Below the pieces are notes generated by a model. It was not told the origin of the DNA. It worked only from the letters and a program-made list of their open reading frames with translations, and did no database searches. 64,000 nt of DNA from Cyanophora paradoxa CCMP329 (lineage: Eukaryota; Plantae; Glaucophyta). Shown here piece by piece: positions 50,648-63,300 of this stretch. Within the stretch, counting starts at the first letter, position 1, and every line of letters starts with the position of its first letter. The stretch is taken from the NCBI GenBank assembly GCA_004431415.1, contig QPMI01000071.1:434001-498000 (forward strand). The letters run 5' to 3'. A program made the translations under genes and the position numbers.

Positions 50648-52006
50648 TTCCGGCCAGCGCCACGAGGGTCTCGTGCGTCCTGTGGACACGGGCAGCGCAC
50701 GATCAGCGGCGCCTGAAGCTGCACAAAATAGGCTCTCGGCTTTAACTTATAATTAGGCTCTTATAACGATGTACGGCTTTTTAACTTACTCTTCATATAA
50801 TTAGGCTCTTATTAGGCTTTAACTTATAACTAGGCTCTGCAGAGTTCGCGCATGCGCATGCGCACCGGTCGAAGATAAGGCGGCCGATGTACGGGCGCGG
50901 GAGCAGCGGGAGCTGTCGGTCGTAGACTTCGCACGCGGCGGCCTGCGCGCGCGCGCACGCGGGCAGCGTCAGACTTCGATCCGCCCGGCGCAAAGGGAAT
51001 GAGGCCCGGGCGCGCGCACTAGCCAGGAGAGCTGCTGGGCGTCGCGGCAGCTGGTCGCCAGGCGGAACGTGAGCTCTCCGCGCAGCTCCAGCACCGCACA
51101 GCGCTCTTCGCGCGCGAGGTGGTGCATACCGGGCTGCGATTCGAGGTTTTCGCGGTGCGTCATGATCAGCGCGAAAATGTCTACATCTGCAGCTGCAGGC
51201 CTAATTTTATAAGAGCGGGCCGTAGCTGGCGCTATCGACGTCGCGGTCTTTCTATTCTGACGACTCACCGCTTTCATCGCCTCCGCGAGGGCCTTGAGCG
51301 AGGGCGCGGCCGGCGCACGAGGCGCCGCGACAGCGGCCGAATTCGAAGTCCGCGGCCTGGCCGGAGGCTGCGCAGGGGCACTAGGGGGACGAAAGGCTGC
51401 GCGCTTTGCCCCGGAAGCCAACGGAGCTGGACCTGGACCCGCGCGCGCTGCGGATGGGCTGACGGACATGACTACAGCCCCGGCAGCGGGCGGGGCGGAC
51501 GGGCTGCGGGCCGCCGCCGAGACGATATCGATGCCAGGCGATGGAGATGATGCTTCAAGAGCCCCGGACGCTGAGGAGCGCGGCCGCTGGGCGGGAGTGA
51601 CGAGATCATGGAGAGAAGGCACGGATGAAGAGCCAGCGCGCTTCCGGCCAGGCGTGGCCTTGGGCGTGACGGACTCGTTGAGCTGCGGCAGCTCCAGATT
51701 CGAGAGAGCACTGTCGCCCGCAAGTGGCGCCGGCGGCTCGGCCGCGGGCGAGTGCTGTTGTAGTTTTGCGGGGGTCGGCTGGCCGTGGCCCTCGCGCAAT
51801 CCGGCGCTGGCGCCAGGGTCGAGGGGGCTTCGAAAAAGCTCCGCGAAACCCGAAGGCGCCGGTCCTGGCGTGCCGACGTCGACGGTCTTCGCGGCGCTCG
51901 CGCTCCCGTCTGTGGTGCCATTCGGCGCAGCTGGAGACGTCAGCGGTGCGCATTCTTCATTGGATGCGGTCGCGATCGACGCCTGTGCCGCGCCCGCAAA
52001 GTTCAT
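46192..52006 (-). CDS. GCN5: GCN5-like histone acetyltransferase with a degenerate bromodomain
   Basis: Spliced YDRQLPLLPRPYIGRLIFDR|THETLVAL...GAITYRSVDSKG|VRFAEVALCAVLKEHQVQ|GLGTRMMSHLK...LLTFA|DEFALGYFRKQGFT...|VWAAHVKEYRGARLMEARL. Bromodomain-like RSHAAAWPLLEP, DLATAE and RAMFAAARAFF. TGA at 46192-46194. Confidence 0.88.
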
Positions 52007-52400
52007 GTTGCGCCGCCGAGCTCGCTGAGCTAGATATCGATCAATATCTAGAGAGAAACATTTTCAGTATAAATCCGCGCGCGTGGGGGAGCTAGGGGAG
52101 GAGGGGACGGAGAGGGGTGGGGGCCGGGATGGCCCATGGGGGAAGGGCTGATCATGAGCGCTACATAAATATTTTAATATATAGCTCCCCCCTGCCGGCT
52201 GCGGGATTCCCTCTAGCTCAGATTTAAAATCCCCGCCCGTATATCCCTGCTCGCTTCCGTATACTTGCAGGGTGAATTTGCAATCAAATCTCGCGCCCTT
52301 ACAGCGCCAGCTCAGCGGCTTCTGAAAAAACGCGCAGCTTTTCAAGTTTCGCGCCCTTCGACATCTCGCATATTCAGTGCAAGCTTGGATCGAAGGAAAG

Positions 52401-55055
52401 ATGCCCATCTTCATGAAATTCAACGAATCGGCGCTCTTCCCAGGGCTGGTTATGCCAACGATGGTGAACAACCCTTTCATGCCTATCGCCTCCGACGGTC
52501 CGCCGGAGCAGGGGATCGGTATATTTGATGACAACAATGTCGAGGATCTCGTCGACATGGGCGGCGCTCATCCTTCTGAATGTGCGCTCATTCTTGGGAA
52601 TGCCTCTTCTCTCAAAATAGACTCCAGTCAACCTCACGCGTGCGCAGGGCACATTTGGGCGAGCTACGCCGATCGAATTCCCGCCAAAGTGAGGAAATCC
52701 GCGCAAATGTGAGCCAGCGCGCGTCCGCGAAGATTTCGCGCGCAATTATATTAATTGTGTTCGCACACAGGGCGATCGAGGCCTGGGAGCCCCCGCCGGG
52801 CTCGCCCGAGCGCATCGAGATGGCACAGAAGGCGCTGCGGATCTCCCCGCACTGCACAGAGGCGTCGAGGCTACGACGCGCGAGGTGCCTCCACGCGCGC
52901 GAGTTTGCGCGCCTGCTTCCTTCGCTCATCTTAATTTGAACTCCGTCCGCAGGAAGCGTTGCGCTGGTTCGAGAAGGGCATCGAGGCGGGCCCGCTCTTC
53001 TACGGCGAGAAGAATTTCGAGGACGCGCGCAGCGATGGCGAAATGTGGGATTACCTTCCGATGCGCGGCTTCTACCGGGTGCGCGCTTCGATTCGAATTT
53101 ATTTTTCGAACCCGTTCTCCTCCTCGCGCCGGCGCCGACCTGAATTTCTCGCCAGTGCTTGTTCGCGGCCGCCAACGTGCTGCGGAGGATGAACCGCTAC
53201 AAGGATGCGTACGCCAAGTACAAGCGGCTCCTCGAATTCGATCCCAGAGTGTACGCGCTTAACGCTTGTGCCCCGTCCGCTGCGGCGCTTTAATTTCGAA
53301 TTCGCCAACTTCGGTCCGTTCGAATTCGAGCAGGTCCGCGAAGCACGGCACGGTGATCAACCCGTATCCCAGCTTCATCGAGTGCCTCCTCGGCCTCGGC
53401 AAGTGGGGCGAGGCTGCCGCGTACCTCTTCTCGCGAGACGAGGCGATGCTGGAGTTTGCTTTCAAGCCGTCCTCCTACCTCACCCGGACCTACACTCGCA
53501 TTCTTGTCACTCTCAAGGTGCCTTTAATTTCTTCTTATCATAATGTTAATTACATATATATAATGCCCCGTGCTTTCTTGTACTAACTATCAGATAAATC
53601 CTGTTTAATCCTTTCTCGGTGCTCCGCCAAGTTTGATCCGATCCGCCGGCAGCTGGGCAAGTCGCCGAAGCTGCCCGGGCAGGCGATTCTGCAGTACCTG
53701 CTGACGACGTTCTGGGACGGCGTCTGCCCCGGCTGCGCGGACCGCGTGCCGCGGAAGCCGAGCAAGGAGGAGGTCGCGGCGGGCCACACGTGCAGGCCCG
53801 ACCCCGTGCTCGCCCTGCTAGCCGGCGAGCCCCTGCCCGAGCGGCGGGACCCCGGGACGGTCACATTCGCCTCGCCCGCCACCGTCCGAACCTACGTCCG
53901 CCAATTCGGCAAGCACTGGCGCGGTGCGCTCTATCGCGACCTCCAGCTCTCTTCCGTCTAGATCTAGATCTAGATCTTTTCCCGTCTAGATCTAGATCTA
54001 GATCTTGTCGCGGTGCACGGCATCACGTCTAGATCTCTTCGGCCCGCTGTCCCGTCCGAATTGGCGCTGCAGCTGACTAGTGTTCTCGATCGCCGCAGCC
54101 GAGCCCGGAATCCTTGCTCAGGTGATTGAGATGGACCGCGTCGTCCGCCGCCGCTGCGCGGAAGGGCCCCGCCGCGAGTGTCCCACTCGGGTCCGCCCTC
54201 TAATTTCCTCTCCGGATCCCATATGCATGCCCGGCCCTTGCTTCGAATTCTCCGACACGCTCGCGCGCGGCCGCTGCAGGTTATCGAGGAATTCGGCTGC
54301 GGGTGCTGCGGCTTCCCGGGCGCGCCGAAGCCGCCCAAGCACGGGTCGAAGGCCGCGGCCGGGGCACACGCTTGCGCCGCCTGCGGCCGCTCTGGCGACG
54401 ACCTCCTTCGGTGTGGAAGAGCCCAAGCTCTATACGCGTAGGCCGGCGCCCTTCCTTCTAATTCTGACCGCCGGCCCCGCGGCCGCGGCCAGCTGTGGCT
54501 GCCGGGAGGTGTACTACTGCGACACGAAGTGCCAGAAGACGCACTGGTGCACCCACAAGGTACGCTGCGTTCTCTGCTGCAGATTTCGCGCCCCGCGACC
54601 GGTTTTCGCAGGCCGCGTGCAAGCTTCAGGGTGCGGCGGCGGCCGCTTCCAAGCGCAGCGCCGAGAACGCGCCGCCCGCGAATTCAAAGGGAGCGGCATC
54701 GATATCCGAGTGCTCCGCGTGCGGCCGCTCCAGCGATGACCTCCTCCGGTGCCGCCCGCCTCGCGCGCGCGCTGCCGAGTCGGATGGCATGCAATGTCCT
54801 CATGGTCGCGCTTCGGGCTCGCGACCGGCGCAGGTGCTCGCAGTGCCGCCAGGCGCAGTACTGCGACGCGGCGTGCCAGCGGAAGCACTGGGCCGCTCAC
54901 AAGGTCCGTTGAATTTAAATTGAATTTTCTCGGCGTCCAGTTGGGTTTGCTAACTACTGGGTTTGCAGGCGGCGTGCACGGAGTCGGCGCAGAAGGCCTC
55001 CGGAACCGCTCGCGCCGGCGCCGGCGCGGCTGCCGCCACCGCCACCCGAGCCTAG
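52401..55055 (+). CDS. TPR-like (ST7-type helical) protein with two C-terminal MYND zinc fingers
   Basis: AQKALRISPHCTE, EALRWFEKGIEAG and MRGFYR|CLFAAANVLRRMNRYKDAYAKYKRLLEFDP. MYND1 CAACGRSGDDLLR|CGCREVYYCDTKCQKTHWCTHK|AAC. MYND2 CSACGRSSDDLLR|CSQCRQAQYCDAACQRKHWAAHK|AAC. TAG at 55053-55055. Confidence 0.85.
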
Positions 55056-56423
55056 GTCGAATCTTGCATCCGTATCTGTCGGGGCGCGCGCAGCGCAGCG
55101 GGCCGCCGCTGCGGATTTGCAGCCTCCTGAGCCCACACACTCGCGTCAACCCCGTGTTCGCTTATGTTAGATTCTGTCGTTATCGAACCGTCTTTTAGAT
55201 TCCGTCTTTATCAAAGCAAGCCGCGCAAGCCGCTGAGCCGCTCGGGTTCTTTTGCGGCCGCCCGCGCGCGCCAGCATCGAACACCGGTACCAATTGCAAG
55301 GGCGGGGCCAGGCCGCTGGGAGTTTAATTTCCCCTCCTCCGGATCCCCCGTCGGGCCGCAGGTCCTGCAAATTCACCCTCAAACACGTGCACAGCTTTTT
55401 TGTTCGCTAAGAATAAAAACAAAGCGAATTATGCTGGACCAGAACCTGAAATGAATCAGGAAAACATGCAATGAATCGGTTGCCGGTGAATATGAGCACG
55501 CATGCGAAAAAAAGAGTCTCATGATCAGCGAATTCGAACTGGCGAGGAAACACCACAATCAGCGCCGGATAAGCTATTAAGCTAGCTACAACACATACAG
55601 CAAGTGCAAAAAGATGCGAAATACTAGCTGCTACAAGGATTGGTTCATGCGAAACAATAATGTGCGAGAGACTCGCGATTGCGCCACGTGCACGTTGCAA
55701 TTGCAATTGATGTCAAAAAATGCTTCAGCTCAAAAGAAGGACGCCTATTATCTTTACTTGTCATACTAGGAGAGGCGCTGGCTTGTCATACTAGGGTACA
55801 CGCGCGCGCGGGGGTCTTGAGTCGGCGGCCAGTCATCGAACTCGGGAGCGCGCGAGATCGGAGTCATCGGACGTCGAGTCGTCGACGTCACCCGAACAAT
55901 TGACCGCGCCGATCGAGGCAGTTCGATTCGCGAGCGGGCGAGTGGATTTCAAGCGCTCCGGCCCACGAACATGAAAGTTCAAAATCGTTTTCGTAGCCGC
56001 CATGAGCCTGCTATATATAGCCTATAGCTGCTGCAGCTGGCCAGCAGAGCCTGGCCTGCTTCAGGCAGCAGAATATTTTAATCAGGCTGCATTGTCACTG
56101 AGTCATGCCATCATGCAGGCTGCAGGCCCTGAGGTGGTAAAGAACGTCGTTTCTACAAAAAGTATTTACAATCGATATCACTTAGGAGAAAGAAAGCTTC
56201 TAATGCTAACTATAAAGGTTGCACTTGACGTCGAATAAGTACAATTTTTCAGTTCGTCTATATCTAGCAACTTGAATCTTTGGGGGAGGGGTGGAGGTTG
56301 TGGGGGCGGGGAGGGCCCGGGGGGGTCCGGGGGGAGGGGGTGAATGTGCGCTGAGGGGCATAGCTATAGGGGTGCGCGGAGGAGGGGCGGGAGGGCACAT
56401 GCGCACCTGCGGAGGGGGCGGCG

Positions 56424-56974
56424 CTAGAGGAAAGCGCGAAGTGGAGGGAAGTGGCGGACGGCCGGGCAGCGGCAGGCGGCGGTCACGAGGGGTCGGCGCC
56501 GGCCGCGGCGAGGCGGGGGCGGAGGCGGCGGGGGCGTCGGCCCGGGAGGCGGCGAGGAGGTCGCCGAGTCGGGCGGGGAGGCGGCCGGCCCGGGCCCGGG
56601 GGGCGGTCGAGGTCCAGGCCCGGAGCGCGTGCGAGGGACTGGGGGGCGCGCGGCGTCGCCGGAACGCGCGGCTGGCCCAGTGGCGCCCCCGGGAGGCTCA
56701 GCGTGGAAGCCCTCGGCCTTGCAACTGGCCTGCGGGCCGCGCACGTGCACGCGAGCCGCTGAGTTGCCGGGGGCGCGGGGCGAGGAGGCGCTCGCTCACC
56801 TCGTCCGAACCTGACGGAGCGCTTCGGATGGGCGCCGGCGGAGAGCGTGGAGAGGGCCGGGGGCGTTCTGTCAGCGCGCGGGGCGCGCGGATATCGATCC
56901 GGAGAGCTCGAGGCGCCGCGCGCGGCGCCTCGCGCGAACGTGGCGCGCGGCTCGCGGAGCGCACTGTAGAGCAT
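56424..56974 (-). CDS. Possible small Pro-rich hypothetical protein (spliced)
   Basis: Plausible splice sites (GAG|gtgagc, ccgcag|) join Pro-rich exons. No recognisable domain. Confidence 0.3.
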
Positions 56975-57387
56975 CGCCGTCGTGCCTTTTCTGCGCGCTG
57001 CCCTGCGGCCGCGCACGGGCACGTAACCGCGCGCGCGCGCGTCAGATCAGGGCAATGCGGCGCGGCCGCGCGCGGGCAGCGCGCGCGGCGCGGGCAGTGG
57101 CCGCACCAGACTGTGAGGCTGCAGCTGGGCGTTCGGAGAGTTCGGGTTGAGCGGCACGGGGCGGCCGCCCGCGACTCCGCGCTAGGTCGCGCGCGAAGAC
57201 ACGAGCGAAGCAACCGGCATAGCGTTGAACGGCGCTGCTTTCTTTGCACTGGGCTCGCGCCGGCCTGCGCGGAGTGCGGCATAAACCCGCAGACCGTGCC
57301 AGCTGCAGTCGGCTTGGATGCGAGCCGCGGTGGCTAGCCATAGCCGGCGCCGGGAGCGGCTTGACAAAGAATCCGCGTCGAAGATCG

Positions 57388-60300
57388 ATGGCCTTCGCGC
57401 TCGGTGCGGCAATGCACTGCGCCTCTCAGACATGAGAAGTTCTGACCTGATGCGCACGCGCAGCCCCGCCGGTCGCTCGGCCTCGTGCCACCAACGCGCT
57501 GCAGCTGCAGCCCGTGCATGTGGGGGCCGCCTGCCGGGCAGCTGCGGTCGCCGCGGCACCGAGTCCGGCTCCGCACAATGCCGGCGGGCGCACGTTCTCG
57601 CTGCGGCCGGCGCGGGCGTTCAACGCGGTCGGCCGCGGCTGGCGGCTGAGCATCTCGGCCCTGCCCAGCGTGCGGGGCCCGAGCGTGGTTCAGATTCGGC
57701 CTCTGGAGATCAGCGCCGCTCAGAGTGCGCCCCGCCGCAGCGCCCCGCCGCCGGCAGCTAGACCGCGACACTGCTCGCCCCGCCTGCGCTGACCGCACGC
57801 GCGCACGCCTCGCAGTCGCGCTTGACAACATTCTTAAGCGGTGCGCTGTGCGACGCGCCTCGCCCGCGGCGTCCCGCTGACCGCGCGCCGCCGCTTCGGG
57901 CGCGCCGCCCGCAGCTATCCCGGCGTGGACCTGCTCGAGGACGTCTCTGTCGCCCTCAAGCCCGGCATGCGGCTCGGTCTCGTCGGCCCCAACGGCGCCG
58001 TGCGTGCAGCCCCGCCCGCTCGCCGCGCCCCACCGCGGCTCTCCCCGCCCGGCCCCGCCCCGCCCTTGACCCCGGGTACGCGCAGGGCAAGTCTACCCTC
58101 ATCAAGATCATCATCGGGTACCCCACCTGCGCTCCGGGGTACGCCGTTTCTCACCCGGCGCAGGGAGATCAAGCCGGACGCGGGTAGCATCACCAAGGAG
58201 CGCGGCCTTCGCATCGGGTACCTCCCCCAGGTCCGCACGGTTTGCTGTATCCCCCCCGGCACCCGAGTCCGAGCGCGTATCTCTCAGGACCTGCCGACGG
58301 AGACGAGCGACCGAAGCATCCTCGATGAGGTCATCTCCGGCGTCGGCATCCTCGAGGCGCGCCCGTACCCCTCCCGATAAGCGTACCCCCCCGATACTCA
58401 TTTTCCCCTGCAGGAGGTGGAGGCCGAAATGATCAAGGTACCGCGTATCCCCCCGATGGCTCCCCCTCCCAGCCGACGCCCCCGGGGTACAGGTCAGTCA
58501 CGAGATCGCGGAGCGGCCCGACGACAAGAAGCTCTATAACCGCCTCTCAGAGCTCCAGGTACCCCCCGCCCCGCCCCGCCCCGCCCCCCACCCCCACCCC
58601 ACCTCACGAATCCCGGTACCCCCTCCCCCAGCACGACTTCGACCGGCTGCAGGGGATGAACCCGCGGGGCCTCGCGGAGCGCATCCTCCTCGGCCTCGGC
58701 TTCAAGGTCCCGTACCCCCCTCCCGCGCCTCCTCCCCCCCTCAGCCCTACTGCAGCCCTCGGAGCTCGAGATGCCCGTCAGCAAGTTCTCCGGCGGCTGG
58801 CGCAGTGCGCCCGCACCCCCCTTCCCCCATACCCCCCGCCGCCACCCCCCCCCCCCCCGACGCCCCCCCTGCAGTGCGTGTCTCGCTCTCGCGGCTGCTT
58901 CTGATGGAGCCCGAGCTACTGATCATGGACGGTACGCGCCCCTCGCTCATGGGGTTCTAGTGGCTAGCGCACGGCGCGGCCCACCCCTATAGATAGATAG
59001 CTAGCGCACAGCGCGGCTAGTAGCTCGCCCACCCCCCCGATACACTATATAGTTCTATATAGTTCCCACCCCCGCGCAGCGCACGTTCTTAGATACACTA
59101 TAGCTCGCCCAACCCCCGCCTGAACCCCCCCCCCCCCCCCCCCCCCCGCTGCTCATCATGGACGGTCCGCGCCCCTCGCTCATGGGCTTCTAGTACCCTC
59201 CCGGCCTGCCCCGCCCCGCGGCGGCCCGGTCCCGCCCGACTCTTAGATACACTATAGCTCGCCCAACCCCTCCGTCTGACCTCCCCCCCCTCCCCCCCCC
59301 CCCCCCCCTCCCGTAGTGGGATGGGATTCTAGTAGCGCACGGCGCGCCGCGCAGCCTAGAGCGCGGCGCGCGGCCTGCAAGCCGCCTGACCCTCCCTCTC
59401 CCGCCTCCTCTCCCCAGAGCCGACGAACCACCTGGACCTGGAGGCTCTAGTACCTCTAGTACTCTAGGGACTCTAATAAAATCTCCCGGGCCTGCCCCGC
59501 CCCGCGGCGGCCCCGCCCCGATACACTATTTAGCTCGCCCCCCCTCCCCCCCCCCCCCCCGCTGACCCCCCCCCTCCCCCCCAGAGCCGACGAACCACCT
59601 GGATCTGGAGGCGTGCATCTGGCTCGAGTCGTTCCTCTCGGAGTGGAAGGGCGCCCTCCTCCTCATCTCCCGTCCGCCCCGCCCCGCCCCGCCCCGCCCG
59701 CCCCGCCCTGAAGGCTTCTAAAATTCTAGCGGCTTCGCCCCTTCTAAAATACTTCTAGGCTTCTAACGGCCTCTAAGCGACGGCCTGCCCCGCCCCGCCC
59801 CGCCCGCCCGCCCCCTCCGCTTCCCTCCGCTTCCCTCCGCCTCTTACGATTGCCGTACCCCCCCCCCCACCAGACGACCGGGCGTTCCTGAACAAGTCCG
59901 TCAACTACATCGCCGAGCTCGAGCGCGGTGCGCAACGCCGCCCTGCGATGGCCCGGCCGCGCCCATTGCGCCGTGCCGCGGCGGTCACGCTCTATTCCCT
60001 TCCCGTCCGCCCCGTTCCGCTCCGCCTGCTCTGATCCACCGTCGCTGCGCGCAGGCAAGCTTACACTCTACACCGGCGACGTGCGCCCCCCCCCCCCCCC
60101 CCCCCCCAACGCTCCCCACGCTCCCCACCCCACGCTCCCCGCCCCGCCCGCTCCTGCCCGACGTTTAATTTGCCCCCTTCACCGGCAGTTCGACAAGTAC
60201 GAGGAGACCAAGTCCGCCCGGAGGGTACGGAAAAGAAGGGGGAGGGGGGGGAAAAGGGGGGAAAAGGAGGGGGCCGAGCCGAGGATCGAGGCCCTGAGGC

Positions 60301-63300
60301 TCCGAAAAAAAGGGGGGGGGGAGGGGGGGGTCCGGGGCCGAGGCCCGGATCTTAAGCGTACCCCCGCGCGGGGCCCGTACCTTGGTCGCCCCTCGTCGCC
60401 CCTCCAGCCGCGGCTCCGAGGCTCTGAGGCCCGGATCCTCGTCGCCGCGCGCAGGCGCAGGTGGAGGCGACGGCGGCGGCGCAGCAGCGCGCCATCGAGA
60501 AGAAGGAGGCCCACATCGAGCGCTTCAAGTCCGTCCCTCCGCCCCTCCCCCGCCGCCGCGCCCTCCCTAGGCTCGGCTGGGGGCCCGCCTCCCGCCCACC
60601 CGCACACCCTCCGTTTCTCCGCGGGATTAGTGTTCCCCATTGCCGCGTTCCCCGATTAGTGTTAAGGGAAGCTAGAAGCGAAAGGGGACGCCGCCGCCTA
60701 CCCTCCCCCCCTCCCCTTCCCCCCCCTCCCCTCCCCCCCCTTACGACTCCTCCCCAGGGCGAAGGCGGCGTTCGCGAAGGGCGTGCAGTCGCGGATCAAG
60801 CAGCTCGAGAAGATGGAGCGCGTCGCCATCCCCACCGACGACCGCAAGGCGAGCGCGCGCGCGCGCGCGCTCTGTCCAAGCCGTCCGAGTCGTCTGAGCG
60901 GTCTGAGCGGCCGTCTGAGCGGTCCGAGCGCGGGCGCGCGCGCAGGCGATGAACATGTGGATCCCGCAGCCGGCCAGGGCGCCCCGCGTCGTCATGGCCC
61001 TCCGCAACATCTCCAAGGCCCAGCCCCGCCCCCGCCCCCCCCCCCCCCCCCGCCCCGCCGCCCCGCCGCCCCCAGCGAGAGGGAAACCGATAGGATAGAG
61101 AGGCCCGGCCCCGCCCCCGCTGCCCCCGCCACCCCGCCCCGCCGCCCCGGGGCCAGTCCCGAGGGAGAGCGAGAGGGAGGCCGATAGGATAGAGAGAGAC
61201 ACCGCCGGCTGCGGCCCCCCCCTCAGTCTCGCCGTCCCGGCGCCCCGCCGCCCTTCCCTGCCCCGCGGCTGACGCGGGCGCGGGGGGCGCAGGCCTTTGG
61301 CGAGAAGGTCATCTACAAGGGTGCGCCGCCCCCGGATCCCCGCCCTCCTTCCAGCCAGCTCTCCCGCCCGGCTCCGCCCCGCTCGGCTCGAGAAATAGAC
61401 GATTCCCCCTCCCAGCTCCCCCGCTCTGCTCCGCTCTGCTCTGCTGGCCTTCAGAGCGGGGACGATCGCGATAGAGGATCAGCCTTGCTGCCCTTGCTCC
61501 TCCGAGCGCGCGCGCTGAGGGCGCCGTTCAGACCAGACGCTGGAGATCGAGCGGGGCCAGAAGGTCGGCCTCGTGGGCCGCAACGGCGCCGGCAAGTCCA
61601 CCCTCCTCAAGATGATGACAAAGGCACGCCCACCCCCCCCCCTCCTCCTCCTCCCCCCCCCCCATCCCCTCCCCTGCTCCTGACGTACCCTCCCCGCAGG
61701 ACCTGAAGCCGGACGAGGGGCGGGTGGTGTACGGCGAAGGCGTCGACGTCTCCTACTTCTCCCAGCACCAGCAGGCCCGCCCCGCCCCGCCCCGCCCCAC
61801 CTGCCCCTGCCCCGCCCCGGCCCACCTCGCACGCCCGGCTCCTTTAGCTGGCTAGAGGTAGGGCTAGAGTTGGAGCCAGAGCCCCGCCCCTCGCGCTAGA
61901 GCGCGCGCGCTACGAGTTGCACCCAGGCCCCTACCGCCCGGCCCCGCCTTGCCCCGCCCCGCACGCTAGAGCGTGCGCGCTGCGAGATGCATCCTAGTCC
62001 CACTCTCGCGCCCCCTCGCGCCCCCGCGCGCCCCCTCGCGATCGTGCCTGCTGACCGCCGCTGCAGGAGGCGCTGGACGGGAACAAGACCGTCGTCGACA
62101 CCATCCAGGCGAGCCCCGTCCCCGCCTCAACCCTCAGAGAAATAGGGTGTAGAAGGGCTGGCGAGCTCCGTCCCCGCCCCGCCCCGCCCCCGCCCCGCCC
62201 CGCCCCCGCCCAGCAAGCACGCTAGAGCGCGCTCCAGGCGAGCCCCCCGTCCCCACCAGAGCAGCGCCTGCGGGGGGCGTCGGCTCCCGCTGCAGCCCTC
62301 CCTCGCCCCGGCCCCCCTCCCCGCCCCCCTCCCTCGCTGACGGGCCGCGGGGGCGGGCAGGACGTGGTGACGACGTGGGACGGGACGAAGATCCGCTCCT
62401 ACCTCGGCGGCTTCCTCTTCCAGGGCGATGACGTGCGCCCCGCCCCGGCCCCGCCCCGCGGCCCCGCTCGGCTGTAAAAGGGCGGGATACAAAGCCACAT
62501 GAGCGAATGTAGTGGGGGCGGCTTTATACCCTCCTATATCCTCCCATATATCCTCCTTTATATCCAGGGCGACGACGTGCGCGCCGCTTAACTCTCAGAG
62601 AAATAGCCTAGTAGGTTGTTTCATAGGGGCGAGCTTGATGGGCGGCCCCGCCCCGCCCGCCCGCCCGCCCGAAATAGGATGTTTGAGGGCAGGGTTTTGA
62701 TGGGCCGGCCCCCAGCCTAGTCTCCACGGCCCCGCCCCGCACCGCCCCGCCCTGCCCCGCCTGACCCGCGCCCGCGCCCGCCTCCCCCGCCCCGCCCCGC
62801 GCCTTCAGGTCTTCAAGAAGGTCCGCGCCCCCCCCCCCCCCGCCTCGCCCCCCCGCCTCGCCCCCCCCCAGACGCTTCGTTCGCAGGTGATGGTGCTCTC
62901 CGGCGGCGAGAAGGCCCGCCTCGCCTTCGCGAAGCGCGCCCGTACCCCTCCTCCGCCCCCCTTCCGTCAGCCGCCGGCTAATTATAGCCCGCGCGGCAGG
63001 ATGCTGGTGAAGCCGTCGAGCCTCATCCTCCTCGACGAGCCGACGGTCCGCCCCCGGCCCCGACCCCCCCGGCCCCTCTCCCCCGAATCCGTCGCCTCGA
63101 GCTCAAGCCCCCCATTGCTCCCCGCAGAACCACCTCGACATGGAGAGCTGTGACGGCACGCCCCCCCCCCCCCCCCCCCCCCCCCGGCCCGCCCCCCGCA
63201 ACCCCGCAAGCCTCGCTGAAGGCCCCGTCCGCCCCGCCGCGCAGTGATCGAGAAGGCCCTCTCGGCGTACGAGGGGACCCTCGTCGTCATCTCCCACGAC

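Noticed and set aside
52261-52300. ATACTTGCAGGG resembling the U1 snRNA 5' end
   Set aside because: It does not match ATACTTACCTG or the downstream U1 structure; more likely a 3' splice site. No tRNA or rRNA was recognised anywhere in the window.
55407-55706. Hydrophobic 99-aa ORF
   Set aside because: AT-rich codon usage unlike real exons, with no splice or domain support.
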